Shown here piece after piece: positions 1 through 10,313 of a DNA stretch of 64,000 nucleotides (positions are counted from its first letter, which is position 1; every line of letters begins with the position of its first letter). Position numbers and translations under genes: made by a program. This stretch comes from a virus. The notes under the pieces are model-generated. The model ran no database searches and was not told where the DNA came from. It saw only the letters and a list, made by a program, of their open reading frames with translations. Where the stretch lies: the IMG/VR virus record IMGVR_UViG_3300022848_000006; one strand, 5' to 3'.

Positions 1-272
1 GCACAGGCCACTACATCTAATCCATAGTGATCTGCTAAGATCAAGGTAGAAACAATTACGTCTCCAATTTCATCTGCTAAATCAGAGAGTCCTTCTTTTC
101 CACCTTTCATTCCAATTCTCGCCCTTTCGAGCTTCTTCACTTCGTTTAAGACTTCTCCAGCCTCACCTCCCATCTCACAAGCTTTGAATAAGGCACTTTT
201 CTCTTCGCCTCCCCATTCATTTGTTCTTGTTTCAATAGCTTCTATCAGTAATTGTAATCTGTCTGAAATCAT
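1..272 (-). CDS. MazG-like nucleotide pyrophosphohydrolase (partial, runs off window start)
   Basis: Manual translation, not in ORF track: MISDRLQ...CEMGGEAGEVLNEVKKLER...LADEIGDVIVSTLILADHYGLD; ExxE..E..D all-alpha NTP-PPase motif. Confidence 0.8.
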   Translation of the reverse strand, partial: MISDRLQLLIEAIETRTNEWGGEEKSALFKACEMGGEAGEVLNEVKKLERARIGMKGGKEGLSDLADEIGDVIVSTLILADHYGLDVVAC

Positions 273-442
273 ATTGCGAAAACTCCTACTATCACGCCAA
301 CGAAAAAACCTAAGGCTAGCACCATTAGGCTGTATAAAAGAAAATTGTGTGTGCTCATGTCCCTACAGTTGAGAGGACATTTATAATCCTTGGTTGAGGA
401 TTGATATGGATTTATAGGTTCGTTTTCATATCCGTGAGGCAT
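269..442 (-). CDS. Small membrane protein with NPYQS motif (57 aa)
   Basis: Manual translation MPHGYENEPINPYQSS...LLYSLMVLALGFFVGVIVGVFAI; start overlaps primase stop, stop overlaps MazG start. Confidence 0.7.
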   Translation of the reverse strand: MPHGYENEPINPYQSSTKDYKCPLNCRDMSTHNFLLYSLMVLALGFFVGVIVGVFAI

Positions 443-1473
443 TAGTATAGCCCTCTTAGGTCTTTAAGGATTGTGCTTTTGATTTTATCTGGAGCCATTT
501 GGGCTACGTCTCTTCTTGTGGGCACCTTAGGAAAGATAAGCCTAAACATTCTGTCGTACTTACGCTGAATCTTGATCTTGGCTTCTCTTCCAGGTTGGTC
601 GTGGTCTGTCAACACCACTAGCGTGGTGATACCCATTTCGTCTAGTAGGGTTTCATGCCTAGGTGATAGCTCTTTGCCTAGCATACTGATAGCATTGAAC
701 ACACCACACTCGTGCAACCTCCAAACGTTGCCCTGGCCCTCACTAAGAAAGGCACAGTTAGTCTCTCTTATCTTCTCAATGGCTCTGTGGTGATTGTAGA
801 AGTAGTTTCTCTTGTTGAACCCAGGCTCAATTACAAACTTAGGATCAATATAGTCAAGGGTAGACCTACCAATAGCCCCAACTTGGACAGTACCATCTTT
901 GTTATGGATAGGAATGACGGCCCTATACTTCATAAGGCCGTTGACTTTGCAGTCTCCTACGCCAAAATGATCGATGGTGGCGGGCTCAAATCCACGATAA
1001 ACGAAGTACTCCGAAGGAACCTGCGTTTCCCACTCCCTGCCGGGCTCGTCTGCGACTTCGTCGGTTGGTTTGTAGAACTTGTCGACCAAGCCAAAAAAGC
1101 TGTCAGGGGCCTCCTTGTGGATCTCTACGGTGTCGATGTCTCTGGTGTCTAAATTCAAGACTCTGAAACACCAACCTAGGGTCTCTCCAAAGCTAACCTC
1201 TTTTCCTTGCTTTTTAGAGAGCACTCCGCGAATAAGGCCAAAGATATCACAACTGTAGTCAGAGTGACATTCGTGAGTCCAGCACTTCCACATGTTCTTT
1301 TCAACACTATAAGTGAAAGCACTAGGATTATCACTATCATCATGGATAGGACAACAACCAATATAGCTACCGCCGTCCTGTTCAACTTCAAGCTCTAAGT
1401 TAGCAAAAACCATCTCTAGGTTTTTGTACATAACTGATTTAAGCTGATTCAGATCCGTTTGCTTCGATTTCAT
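442..1473 (-). CDS. dnaG: DNA primase (CHC2 Zn finger + TOPRIM)
   Basis: CPIHDD...WKCWTHEC zinc-binding motif; FLSEGQGNV and LTDHDQPG TOPRIM motifs; adjacent to helicase. Confidence 0.9.
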   Translation of the reverse strand: MKSKQTDLNQLKSVMYKNLEMVFANLELEVEQDGGSYIGCCPIHDDSDNPSAFTYSVEKNMWKCWTHECHSDYSCDIFGLIRGVLSKKQGKEVSFGETLGWCFRVLNLDTRDIDTVEIHKEAPDSFFGLVDKFYKPTDEVADEPGREWETQVPSEYFVYRGFEPATIDHFGVGDCKVNGLMKYRAVIPIHNKDGTVQVGAIGRSTLDYIDPKFVIEPGFNKRNYFYNHHRAIEKIRETNCAFLSEGQGNVWRLHECGVFNAISMLGKELSPRHETLLDEMGITTLVVLTDHDQPGREAKIKIQRKYDRMFRLIFPKVPTRRDVAQMAPDKIKSTILKDLRGLY

Positions 1474-2896
1474 CTAGGTCGTCCTCATTTACAAGTCCTG
1501 TGTCGTTTTTGATTTCTATGTGTGCGTCGTTCCTGGTTCCTATTTCCAAAAGCTTCGCTTGGTCACCAATCATGTTCATATTGATATAGTTACCATCGAC
1601 TAGTCCTGGCCCATGCCTAGCGGCGAGAACGACAGCTTTACGGTTGCCATTCTTTGTCCCGTCTTGGGCTATCTCTTCCTCAGACTTGTTCTTGAAGATC
1701 GTACACGAAGTACAAAGCCAAACCAATCTGTCAGATCCACTAACCGCGTCGGTGCTTTCCTTACTGATACCATCCCTATTCAATTGAACGAAGGCTAGGC
1801 AGGGAATGTCAAGCTTGACACATAGATCGTGTAGGGCCGTAATCTGGAAACCAAGCACTTGATACTCTTGAATGTTACCGCTGATACCCTCAGCCGACAT
1901 CATCTTCAAGTAATCAAACACCAATAGACAGTCATTTGTATTGCCCTCTTCATCTTGTCCAACTTCGTGCATCACCCATCGCTTAACGATGTTCAGGATA
2001 CTACTAAAGGATTTACCAGCAACACTAACGTAGTGGTAGGGCAAAGCTTCTAGCTGTCGACCTGCGGCAATGACCTTTGACTTCATGTTTTGGTCTTCTG
2101 AGAACTTGCCCGTCTCAATCATCTTAATAGGCACACCACTAAGGCTAGCCAAAATACGATTGATGTGATCCTCTTTGCTCATTTCCGTGTCGAGCATCAA
2201 GGTGGGTGTTCCATCTAGTGCTGCATTAACGGCGACGGCGTCACCAAACACAGACTTACCAGTCTTTGGTCTAGCGGCAATTAGGTTAACAGTCTTTCTT
2301 CTTAACCCGCCCCCGATTGCTTCATCGTAGTGCTTGAAGTGTGTTGGGATACCAACTAGGTCGCAAGGGTTTTCTTCTAGGTAGGTTAGATGGTCCATGA
2401 CCCCACTACCAAGTACGATAGTCTTGTCAGTAGATTCACCTTGCCTCACAAACTCTTCAACGGGCCTCTCAAGGATATTGATAATCTCATCAATAGTCTC
2501 GCTACCGTTGATATTTGAGACTGTAGCCTTAATACTATCTGCCGTAACACAGATAGACCTCGCATACTCAAACTTCTTAACCTGAACGGCAAAGCTAAAA
2601 ACATTGGCCTTGTTTACGAAAAAGTTAGATAGCGACTTGATGTAGCTTAGTTCTTGTTCTGTCTGAATAACGTCAAGTAAGTTTAGACCTTCTGCGGCAG
2701 ACAAGATTGCGGGCAAGTCTACTTGTTGTTCTGCTTCGATTACTCTCTTCAAACACTTATAGATCACTTGATTGCTAGTAGAAGCAAAGGAGTTTTCTGA
2801 CAGAACGTCGTGTACCTCTACATAAGCCTCTGATCCGTACTGTAGAAGTCCAGCCAGTACGGCCCTCTCTGCACCATTGTCACATAAATTTTCCAT
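1439..2896 (-). CDS. dnaB: Replicative DnaB-like helicase
   Basis: AARPKTGKS Walker A, DTEM, VFDYLK, QLNR motifs; N-terminal AERAVLAGLL; likely start MENL at 2896 (track 2926). Confidence 0.93.
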   Translation of the reverse strand: MENLCDNGAERAVLAGLLQYGSEAYVEVHDVLSENSFASTSNQVIYKCLKRVIEAEQQVDLPAILSAAEGLNLLDVIQTEQELSYIKSLSNFFVNKANVFSFAVQVKKFEYARSICVTADSIKATVSNINGSETIDEIINILERPVEEFVRQGESTDKTIVLGSGVMDHLTYLEENPCDLVGIPTHFKHYDEAIGGGLRRKTVNLIAARPKTGKSVFGDAVAVNAALDGTPTLMLDTEMSKEDHINRILASLSGVPIKMIETGKFSEDQNMKSKVIAAGRQLEALPYHYVSVAGKSFSSILNIVKRWVMHEVGQDEEGNTNDCLLVFDYLKMMSAEGISGNIQEYQVLGFQITALHDLCVKLDIPCLAFVQLNRDGISKESTDAVSGSDRLVWLCTSCTIFKNKSEEEIAQDGTKNGNRKAVVLAARHGPGLVDGNYINMNMIGDQAKLLEIGTRNDAHIEIKNDTGLVNEDDLDEIEANGSESA

Positions 2897-2904
2897 ATTC
2901 TCTC

Positions 2905-3339
2905 CTATCTTCCACCGCCAACACAATTTTCACAACGGTAATAAGCCCTACTACTGGTCATCAAACCAGGAGAAATCTCTTTGGGCTGGTGACACACAGA
3001 GCAGTTTACCTTAATCATCTCTACTTTCTTGCGAACACGAGGCATTGGGTCTTTCTTGATCTGTGTCTCTTCTTTTCTTTCTTCTCCAGCATCCACCCAA
3101 GTATTGCTACTGGCCTGGACTGGAACAGATTTTCTATCTTCCTTATCGTCTCTGTTGACGGTGAAGTCATCATTCACGATTCTTTTGGTCATCGCTGGCG
3201 GCTCTTCATACACTGGGCCAGTGTCTTCTGTTTTGTTAGACTTGGCGTCGACGGCTTGAAGTCTGGCAATCAGTTCCTTCATTTGGTCTTGCGTAAGAAT
3301 ATCAAGGACCACGTTTATTAGTTCTTGTTTCGTTATCAT
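2905..3339 (-). CDS. Hypothetical protein with C-terminal Zn ribbon
   Basis: CSVC...CENC; tightly packed in operon. Confidence 0.65.
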   Translation of the reverse strand: MITKQELINVVLDILTQDQMKELIARLQAVDAKSNKTEDTGPVYEEPPAMTKRIVNDDFTVNRDDKEDRKSVPVQASSNTWVDAGEERKEETQIKKDPMPRVRKKVEMIKVNCSVCHQPKEISPGLMTSSRAYYRCENCVGGGR

Positions 3340-3812
3340 TTTCTTGACTTCTCCATTAGTACCTCTCCACGTTTCTTGATGTTGAGAGATTTAAGTTCTA
3401 AGATCTGATACTTAGACTCAGCTATGAGTCGTAGCTCTTCGACCTTTTCGGCGTATATGTTTTCGCGAATCACAATTGGTTTCTTTGACTCGTGCTTAGT
3501 GTACTTGTCAAAGCCAGACTCTTTCTCGTATTTGCTTACGATCTTTTCTAGCTGACTGTTGCACCAGTTGAGTATAACCCTTTGCTTGTTCGCACAATCC
3601 TGAATGTAAGAACAGTATCCAAACAAAAAGTAGGCCCCATCGAGTAATTCTTTGGAGCCCATCCGTCTTAGGTCTTCTGCGGTTAGGTCCGCGTATGATT
3701 TATACTGTTCTTTGTATGTCGAGTCTGTAAAGTGATTGCACTCAATAAACTCGTCAATTTGAACTAGATACTTGTCAAGTTCATCCTGGGCGTAATTGCT
3801 CTCTCCACTCAT
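3336..3812 (-). CDS. Hypothetical helical protein (possible UvsY-like recombination mediator)
   Basis: 158 aa, helical, two genes from RecA/UvsX; function inferred from position only. Confidence 0.5.
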   Translation of the reverse strand: MSGESNYAQDELDKYLVQIDEFIECNHFTDSTYKEQYKSYADLTAEDLRRMGSKELLDGAYFLFGYCSYIQDCANKQRVILNWCNSQLEKIVSKYEKESGFDKYTKHESKKPIVIRENIYAEKVEELRLIAESKYQILELKSLNIKKRGEVLMEKSRK

Positions 3813-4203
3813 CTTCTGCTCCTGAATACTTGAGTACGATTAGTTCGATGTCATTAAGTTCACACCAACGTGCCTTGTCTTCGTCTCTGTTTAAGCCTTG
3901 AAGAAAAGCAGCCTTGTTCTTATGAAAGAAGGGCGTGTACTCATAATGCTGCTGACCGTGAACCTCTATGGCTAGCCTTAAATTTGGTAGGAAGAAATCG
4001 AAGTACAACACTGATTTCTTTTCAGCTATGACGCTGCCTGGAAGCTTTACTTCTTCCAGAACAACGTAGCTGTGATAGATACTAGATATGATTTCTCTAG
4101 CTTTTAGATGGTACTTAGACCTGTTCTTAGTAACCGTGTTTGAAGTATTGTACTTAGCGAGGTTCCAACTGTATTCTCTACCGTTAAAACCTAGTACTCT
4201 CAT
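3781..4203 (-). CDS. DUF559/Vsr-like PD-(D/E)xK endonuclease
   Basis: YFDFFLP...AIEVHGQQHY...DEDKARWCELNDIELIVL. Confidence 0.8.
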   Translation of the reverse strand: MRVLGFNGREYSWNLAKYNTSNTVTKNRSKYHLKAREIISSIYHSYVVLEEVKLPGSVIAEKKSVLYFDFFLPNLRLAIEVHGQQHYEYTPFFHKNKAAFLQGLNRDEDKARWCELNDIELIVLKYSGAEDEWREQLRPG

Positions 4204-5303
4204 GCAAACAACTCATTCATTTTCTCGTTCATAACAGGAATGAACTCAGGATGATCTTGGAAGAATCCTTGCAGCTTAGCCATACCCTGGAATTTGAAGG
4301 CCTTGTCGATATTCTCTTGCTTAGAGGTATCAGTGCCCTTCTCTTCTAGGTACTTGGCAACCAACGGATGCTCTGGATCTTCTGATAGGGCACAAACTGT
4401 ATACCAACCAGAGCCAGAGATTAACCTGTATTCACAAGCAGCTTCTAGCATTTCCTTTACATCGTCAATTCCAATGCCATATCTAAGCCATCCAACAACT
4501 TTAGTACCAGGGATAGCCCCAGTATTAGACGTTAGGACTTCCCAGTTTAGACACTGACCAATGTCAGACTCACCCTCTTTGCCCTTCCAAGGTGTCTTGA
4601 AATTGATAACAAGGTTTGTACCCACTTGGTATTGGAACATGTTGCCGCAGTCCGTCATCTTAGTCTTACGAGAAGGTCCGGTGTCTGCAATTTGGTGAGC
4701 AATACAAATCAGGATAATTCCGTTCTTTGTAATGTAGTGACTAGAACGCTTAAAGAATTGAGCAAGCAGTCTTGGCAGGCTATTTCTAGTCTGTGCATTA
4801 AGCTTGTCTTCCATTTCGTTCTTTGGGACCAAACTAGATAGCGAGTCAATCAAGATTACGCAACCCGGCACAGTCTTACCATAACGCTCAGCAATGTCCA
4901 AGAACATTTCGCCAGTAACGGCAACCTTGTCTGTAGATTCTACAATCTTCAAAGCTGCAACATCAAGACCCTTGACGCCATCGAAGTTCTGGCTGTTAAG
5001 TCTACCTTCACTGTTGAGGTAAACCACTAGCTTGCCCTTCGCTTGACACTTGGCCGCGAAGTTAAGGGCCGCTGTTGTCTTTCCAGTCTTAGGTGCCCCT
5101 GCGATACCTACTACTGTTCCTTCTCTGATGCCCCCGTTAAGTGCAGAGTCAAGGGCTGGAGAAACGCTAATGGTTTTTAGCTCTTGGATTTCTCCCAAGA
5201 CTTCTGAACCACTCTTGATAATGTCGCCGTACTCTTTCAATAGGGCGTTAGAAGTATCATCGTCAAACTTCTTCTTCTTTTCTACTGATGATTTTTTCGC
5301 CAT
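4200..5303 (-). CDS. recA: RecA/UvsX-like recombinase
   Basis: SPALDSALNGGI, GAPKTGKTT Walker A, YLNSEGRL, LIDSLSSLVP. Confidence 0.9.
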   Translation of the reverse strand: MAKKSSVEKKKKFDDDTSNALLKEYGDIIKSGSEVLGEIQELKTISVSPALDSALNGGIREGTVVGIAGAPKTGKTTAALNFAAKCQAKGKLVVYLNSEGRLNSQNFDGVKGLDVAALKIVESTDKVAVTGEMFLDIAERYGKTVPGCVILIDSLSSLVPKNEMEDKLNAQTRNSLPRLLAQFFKRSSHYITKNGIILICIAHQIADTGPSRKTKMTDCGNMFQYQVGTNLVINFKTPWKGKEGESDIGQCLNWEVLTSNTGAIPGTKVVGWLRYGIGIDDVKEMLEAACEYRLISGSGWYTVCALSEDPEHPLVAKYLEEKGTDTSKQENIDKAFKFQGMAKLQGFFQDHPEFIPVMNEKMNELFA

Positions 5304-5805
5304 CTTTACCTCTTAGCTTGTTAAGTATAGAGCCCTTACCCGCAGGTCTAGCTTTTCTACGAACAGGATTGTCTTTTACTTCCAGTGTTTCTTCTTTTCT
5401 ATTCTTCTCTTCTCTAAGAAGCCTTTCGTGATGCTTCTTAATGATGGGCTCAATAGGAGGGTTGATCTTCCAACCTCTGCCGTTTTGAAGACCAATGACT
5501 AAGTATCTATTGAAGTCGGGTGACTTGATGGCAGCTAGTACAGCTTCTTCGCTGTATCTTTTAGCAAGGGCTCTCGCCGCATTCATCTGCTTCATCCAAA
5601 TCCAGTGATTAGGGTCGCCCTTGGTCCAGAATTTGTATCCTGGTTTCTCAAGGTTCATCCTCTCTGCCCTTCTAAGAACTAGATACTCTGCTACATAAGC
5701 CTCAAAAGTACAATGCTCACCCGTATGAATGTGCTTGTACTTGTACTTATCAGACTGCTCTTTCTGATACTCTTGATTGAACAGCTTCGGCTTTTCTTTA
5801 GCCAT
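5263..5805 (-). CDS. Hypothetical protein
   Basis: 180 aa ORF in operon. Confidence 0.65.
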   Translation of the reverse strand: MAKEKPKLFNQEYQKEQSDKYKYKHIHTGEHCTFEAYVAEYLVLRRAERMNLEKPGYKFWTKGDPNHWIWMKQMNAARALAKRYSEEAVLAAIKSPDFNRYLVIGLQNGRGWKINPPIEPIIKKHHERLLREEKNRKEETLEVKDNPVRRKARPAGKGSILNKLRGKDGEKIISRKEEEV

Positions 5806-5807
5806 TG

Positions 5808-6050
5808 TTAGTCCTTGTTTTTAGGTTCCCATTCCCATCCGTAAATCCAGTACATCTTCTTCTTACTCCACCACGAGGGCTCATAATAAAAAGCAACACG
5901 TAGGTTTTTTCTGTTGTACCATCCGACCAGTTCTCTGTCTGCGTTGTTTGAACAAGCAAACCCCTTGTCGAAAAGGTGTACATCTTCAAAGGTCTTTTGA
6001 TCTTCTACTGATAGGTATTCTACCAAAATTTCTTCTACTTCCATATCCAC
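5808..6050 (-). CDS. Hypothetical protein
   Basis: 80 aa ORF in operon. Confidence 0.55.
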   Translation of the reverse strand: MDMEVEEILVEYLSVEDQKTFEDVHLFDKGFACSNNADRELVGWYNRKNLRVAFYYEPSWWSKKKMYWIYGWEWEPKNKD

Positions 6051-6460
6051 ATAACCTCTCTAAAGCAGTTTTCAATACCGTCTTCAAATGAATCCATGAC
6101 CTGAAAGGCGGGCAGTTGAATTGTTGTTTTTAATACCGAGTTGTTTAACACGGTTCCAATGGTCATCGTTTGTGTCGTTGCGACCCCAGGCGAACCCAGG
6201 GCTGACTTACTCAAATACAAACCATCGCCCTCTACGGGCTGTCTGTATACACTAGACCTATACCTAAGGCCCACTTCTTTTACTTTCAATTGCCTTTCTT
6301 TGCCCCGCTCAATGATCTTGTACCAATCATCGAATTCGTTAAAGAAATAAAGAGAGTCATCAGACAGAGTAACGACGATCCAGACCTTAGTCTTATCTTT
6401 TCGATACTCTGCCTTCCACTCTTCAAGGCTGCTTACAAGTCTGTGATCTTGACTGTGCAT
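6035..6460 (-). CDS. Hypothetical protein
   Basis: 141 aa ORF in operon. Confidence 0.6.
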   Translation of the reverse strand: MHSQDHRLVSSLEEWKAEYRKDKTKVWIVVTLSDDSLYFFNEFDDWYKIIERGKERQLKVKEVGLRYRSSVYRQPVEGDGLYLSKSALGSPGVATTQTMTIGTVLNNSVLKTTIQLPAFQVMDSFEDGIENCFREVMWIWK

Positions 6461-6738
6461 CTTTTTTGCCTTCTTGTTGATCCAGAGCTTCTCTTAAAGT
6501 CGTCACCACGCATGGTAGCGGCCTCTGTTGCTACTACGGCTCCACCCTTCTCAGGGTCTCCGTACCTAGCGAACTGTCCACCAGCCTTTGTCTTCATGAT
6601 CTTAACATGTTCCACGTAGGTGTTGACGGTTTCTTCTGATCTCTCCAAGAACGCAGAAATAGCTTTTACGCTCTTGTGCATCCAGTTCTCATCGATATAG
6701 AACTTGTCTGCCTTACTCAGTGGTCCTGGTTTAGCCAT
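6433..6738 (-). CDS. Hypothetical protein, possible HTH DNA-binding
   Basis: SVKAISAFLERSEETVNTYV resembles an HTH. Confidence 0.55.
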   Translation of the reverse strand: MAKPGPLSKADKFYIDENWMHKSVKAISAFLERSEETVNTYVEHVKIMKTKAGGQFARYGDPEKGGAVVATEAATMRGDDFKRSSGSTRRQKRCTVKITDL

Positions 6739-7231
6739 TTAGGATACTCCTGTTTGCTCGCCAGTAGATAGGCTCTCTCTTGCTCTTTAGGAACTCAACA
6801 TAGTCATTGAAGCAAGCTTCTGTGCATGTTTTGTAACTAAAGAAGTCCTTGAGGTTCTTATTTCTACGAGAAAAAGGACCAGCAGGGTTGTATAGGGAGC
6901 CATTATACAGGGCTAACGAATACTTGATAGACTCTGACCCATCACTGTTAGTGGTTACGGTCTTCTTTGCGAAGTAGGGCTCGCTCTCTAGTACTTCTTT
7001 GGCATCAATTCCAAAGTAAAGAGTCCCCTGCTTTCTTTGCTCGCCCACTACAAAGTTCTTCTCTTCTTGTCGTAGGGTCACTTCGGCAGTTGAAGGTTGT
7101 TGTGGTGCTGGAGTCAATTCTGGCTCCACAGTCTCCTTTGAATCTACAACAGGGCTTGGCCTTACAGGCTGTGCTGGTGTTGTAATTGCGTCAATAGAAG
7201 CTTCAACTGTCTTTTCTGTACTTTCTTGCAT
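6731..7231 (-). CDS. Hypothetical protein
   Basis: 166 aa ORF coupled to phoH stop. Confidence 0.6.
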   Translation of the reverse strand: MQESTEKTVEASIDAITTPAQPVRPSPVVDSKETVEPELTPAPQQPSTAEVTLRQEEKNFVVGEQRKQGTLYFGIDAKEVLESEPYFAKKTVTTNSDGSESIKYSLALYNGSLYNPAGPFSRRNKNLKDFFSYKTCTEACFNDYVEFLKSKREPIYWRANRSILNG

Positions 7232-7956
7232 TAGTATTCTCCGTCGTCGTCGTAAAGGAAGGCGTCATCGTTATTATAGCCGGAATCGCCTTCGAGAGCC
7301 GATAAAACTCTGCCCAAAATGCCATTTCGTTGAATATCGCCGTAATTTAACTTGGACACGCCCACGCCCTTCACGCCCTCAAGACGCCCCATGCAAAAGG
7401 CTAGTCCACTCTGACCATGTAAATCGGTCTGGTTCGTATCTCCATTGATAAGAACCTTTGTGTTTTCGCCCATACGGGTGATGAACATCTTGATCTGATC
7501 GGAAGTACAGTTCTGTGCTTCGTCAAGGATCATGTAGGCGTTGTTAAAGGTCGCCCCTCTCATCAATTCCAAAGGCTCATATCTAATAGAGCCCTCGTTC
7601 ATGAATTTGCCGTAGTTAACTTTCTGTAGGAACCACTTTAGGTTCTCTTCCATGGGAGCAAGGTGAGGCATTACCTTTTCACTGACATTGCCAGGGAGGG
7701 CACCAAGTTCTCGACCAGTACAGACTAGGGGTCTGGTAACAATGATCTGATCTACCTCTCCAGTGTACAGCTTGTTAGCTGCCATACCAGAGGCGATATA
7801 GGATTTACCACTACCTGCGGGACCAGAACAAAAGATGATATCATTCTCGACAATTGTGCGAATGTAATCCTTTTGATTCTTAGACTTGGCAGATAAGCCA
7901 CGAGGCTTTTGTGAAACTTCCTTTTCTTGGTTTCTAGCTTTACGTCTTGTTGTCAT
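7231..7956 (-). CDS. phoH: PhoH-family ATPase
   Basis: GPAGSGKS, ITRP-like VTRP, LGALPG, RGATF, ILDEAQN, TRMG, NGDTNQTD, DIQR. Confidence 0.95.
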   Translation of the reverse strand: MTTRRKARNQEKEVSQKPRGLSAKSKNQKDYIRTIVENDIIFCSGPAGSGKSYIASGMAANKLYTGEVDQIIVTRPLVCTGRELGALPGNVSEKVMPHLAPMEENLKWFLQKVNYGKFMNEGSIRYEPLELMRGATFNNAYMILDEAQNCTSDQIKMFITRMGENTKVLINGDTNQTDLHGQSGLAFCMGRLEGVKGVGVSKLNYGDIQRNGILGRVLSALEGDSGYNNDDAFLYDDDGEY

Positions 7957-7968
7957 GTTTACTCTCTG

Positions 7969-8538
7969 TTAGTGTCCACTTGAGCCGAACCCTTTTGCTC
8001 CACGATTGGAGTCAGATAGGGCTTCCGCCTCGATCAATTTGAATCTTGGCACTCCCTGAATCAAGATCTGTGCGATCCTGTCTCCTTTCTCAACCTTGTA
8101 TAGTGGCGTCCCTTCCTCTCTGTGTGCCATTTGAAGACACACTTTGATTTCTCCACGATAGCCGCTGTCAATGACGCCAGCAAGCACATCAATGCCGTGC
8201 TTAGCAGATAGGCCAGAACGCGGCCAGATGAGCCCCACATAGCCCTCTGGGATCTCCATAGAGATATCGGTGCAAACTAGATTGGGGCCATCATACAGCA
8301 CCACCTCTTTGCTTGCATAGAGGTCAAAGCCTGCATCTGATTCATTTGCCTTAGTGGGCAAAGTTGCCGTATCTGACAGTTTAATGACTGCCAGTGGTGC
8401 GGGTTCAAACACTTTGTCTACAAACCCATCTATTTTCTTATTTGCCCCTTCAAGAAAGCTATCGATCATCCCGTTGGAGTCGATCTTTCCATTTTTAATG
8501 AATCCGTCAAACATTCCTGTGTGCATATTTCCTGACAT
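7969..8538 (-). CDS. dut: Trimeric dUTPase
   Basis: AGFDL, PRSGLS, GVIDSGYRGEI, RIAQ, RGAKGFGSSG motifs. Confidence 0.95.
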   Translation of the reverse strand: MSGNMHTGMFDGFIKNGKIDSNGMIDSFLEGANKKIDGFVDKVFEPAPLAVIKLSDTATLPTKANESDAGFDLYASKEVVLYDGPNLVCTDISMEIPEGYVGLIWPRSGLSAKHGIDVLAGVIDSGYRGEIKVCLQMAHREEGTPLYKVEKGDRIAQILIQGVPRFKLIEAEALSDSNRGAKGFGSSGH

Positions 8539-8546
8539 ATTCTCTC

Positions 8547-9137
8547 CTACTTGTCGTCGTCTGTAAAGACTTCCAATGTGGCTTCGTAAATGTTAATAAG
8601 TTGTGGGCTCATGCCAAAACGTTTGGCGTTGTGTTTGATAGACTTTCTGATGTTACCATCGTTATGTCTTTCACTAGATGCCTTCCAGTCGCATAGCATT
8701 TCACTGTGGTCTAGCAAGCTCATGTTGTTGATGGAGCTTCTAAGGGAAGCAGCATAGTCTTTGAGTGTTGCTACCAACTCTGGCTGTGCTTCTTCATTTA
8801 ATGTTTTAACATGCTCATCCACTAGGTCTGCTTCTTTGCTGTCTACCGAGGGCCAGTGTTCTGGGTGGTGTCGGTTCTTAGCATAGTGGTGATCCAGTGC
8901 AGGACCAAGCTTAGCTTTGCTCTCGTCATATTCTGGACTCCCGAATGTAAGTTGACTAAGAAGGGGAGTCATTTCTGTGAACAACTCAACCTCTGGACTC
9001 TCTAGTTTACTCTGATCGTGCTTCTCACCTCTTCTTATTAAAGAGCACACGAACCTATTAAGGTAATTCCTTACAGTTTCGATGTGTCTAAAGGTATGAA
9101 AGCTTGCTGCTTCTTCCTCTTGTGTTAAATTAGACAT
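8547..9137 (-). CDS. DUF5662-like HD-type protein
   Basis: HIETV...HDQSKL...ALDHHYAKNRHHPEH...EMLCDWKA; likely start MSNL 9137 (track 9191). Confidence 0.7.
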   Translation of the reverse strand: MSNLTQEEEAASFHTFRHIETVRNYLNRFVCSLIRRGEKHDQSKLESPEVELFTEMTPLLSQLTFGSPEYDESKAKLGPALDHHYAKNRHHPEHWPSVDSKEADLVDEHVKTLNEEAQPELVATLKDYAASLRSSINNMSLLDHSEMLCDWKASSERHNDGNIRKSIKHNAKRFGMSPQLINIYEATLEVFTDDDK

Positions 9138-9293
9138 AACTTCTCCTAAGATAGTCTTCCGTCTTGACAGAACCCGGCTAGAGTCTCGCAAGTCAAACTC
9201 GACATTTGTTATATTGTAGCTAGTTGAGCGACTTTTGAACCGATAATTCTCGGTTTTTTTTCAAAATAATTTTATGGAAGCTTGTTAGTGGAC

Positions 9294-9342
9294 AAAAAAA
9301 GGGGCTCGGTGTCGCTTTAGACACCAAGACCCCTTTCTCAAT
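9294..9342 (-). terminator. Rho-independent terminator
   Basis: GGGGTCTTGGTGTC-TAAAGC-GACACCGAGCCCC followed by T7 on minus strand, after 9352-9876. Confidence 0.8.
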
Positions 9343-9351
9343 TCAAATAGA

Positions 9352-9876
9352 TTAAACAGTGGTTTCTTCGTCGCCTTCTGGGGCTGTCACGTCTTCAACT
9401 ACTGGTACAACATCGGTCTCTTCACCTAAGTTGTCAAGTTCACCTCCTTCGACAACCTCAACAGGCTCTTCATCTTTAACAGTTACAATCTCAAGAACTT
9501 CAATCCCAACAAACGACGCAGGGGCCGGTGCTGTTAGATCTCCAACTTGATAAGAAGCAGATACAGGATCGCTATCGAACACACCATCATTAGCAATCAC
9601 TGTTTCCGTAATGCTTGTATTCTCAGGAACCTCAACTACAACTTCTGTCTCAGCAAAAGAAACTGTCTGCTCTAAGACCGTCTCTTGAGTACTCTCGTTA
9701 ATCACAATGACGCTGTACTCAACAACATCGCTAGATGGGGACTTACCCCAATAAACTCTCAACTTTGCTTTCTTCATAGAACAACTCCATAAGTAAATGC
9801 CCACAACATGAGGGGGCTTGGGAGGGAACAACCCCTCGACTAAGTGCCGAGCTAGGTATCTTATTCGTCTAAACAT
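9352..9876 (-). CDS. Hypothetical protein with Ig/Fn3-like beta domain and acidic tail
   Basis: LRVYWGKSPSSDVVEYSV...ANDGVFDSDPVS; start may be MKKAK at 9777. Confidence 0.6.
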   Translation of the reverse strand: MFRRIRYLARHLVEGLFPPKPPHVVGIYLWSCSMKKAKLRVYWGKSPSSDVVEYSVIVINESTQETVLEQTVSFAETEVVVEVPENTSITETVIANDGVFDSDPVSASYQVGDLTAPAPASFVGIEVLEIVTVKDEEPVEVVEGGELDNLGEETDVVPVVEDVTAPEGDEETTV

Positions 9877-9878
9877 GC

Positions 9879-10313
9879 TTACCTCTTAAAGAGAGACAAT
9901 AACATAACGTATACAACGCCAACAATAGAACCAGAAATCCACAAGTTGGCATTTAGGTTTGAATCTTTTTTAAGTTCAGTGTAGGACTTTAAGTGACAAT
10001 ATGCGGCAAGAATACCACAAACTTGTCTAAAGAATATGTTAAACACAACGCCCATGTGGGCGATAGTTGGGTCTAGTTCTTGTCCTGATAGATAGGTGTG
10101 AGACCACGCAAATCCCCAGTACAGGTTGTTTACAACGCTTCCTAGGAAGGCGATAACAACGCCGATAATCAACCACTCCATAGGGTTACTTGGGCCTGCC
10201 TTAAATACTCTTAGTGCCTCTTTGCCCCAAATACACAACACCGCAACGGCAAACACCACAGTTGGAACGGTTAGGGCAAGAGAGATTAGTGCTGATATGT
10301 CATTAAACATCAA
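9879..10313 (-). CDS. Multi-pass membrane protein
   Basis: About 4 hydrophobic segments in 144 aa. Confidence 0.7.
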   Translation of the reverse strand: MMFNDISALISLALTVPTVVFAVAVLCIWGKEALRVFKAGPSNPMEWLIIGVVIAFLGSVVNNLYWGFAWSHTYLSGQELDPTIAHMGVVFNIFFRQVCGILAAYCHLKSYTELKKDSNLNANLWISGSIVGVVYVMLLSLFKR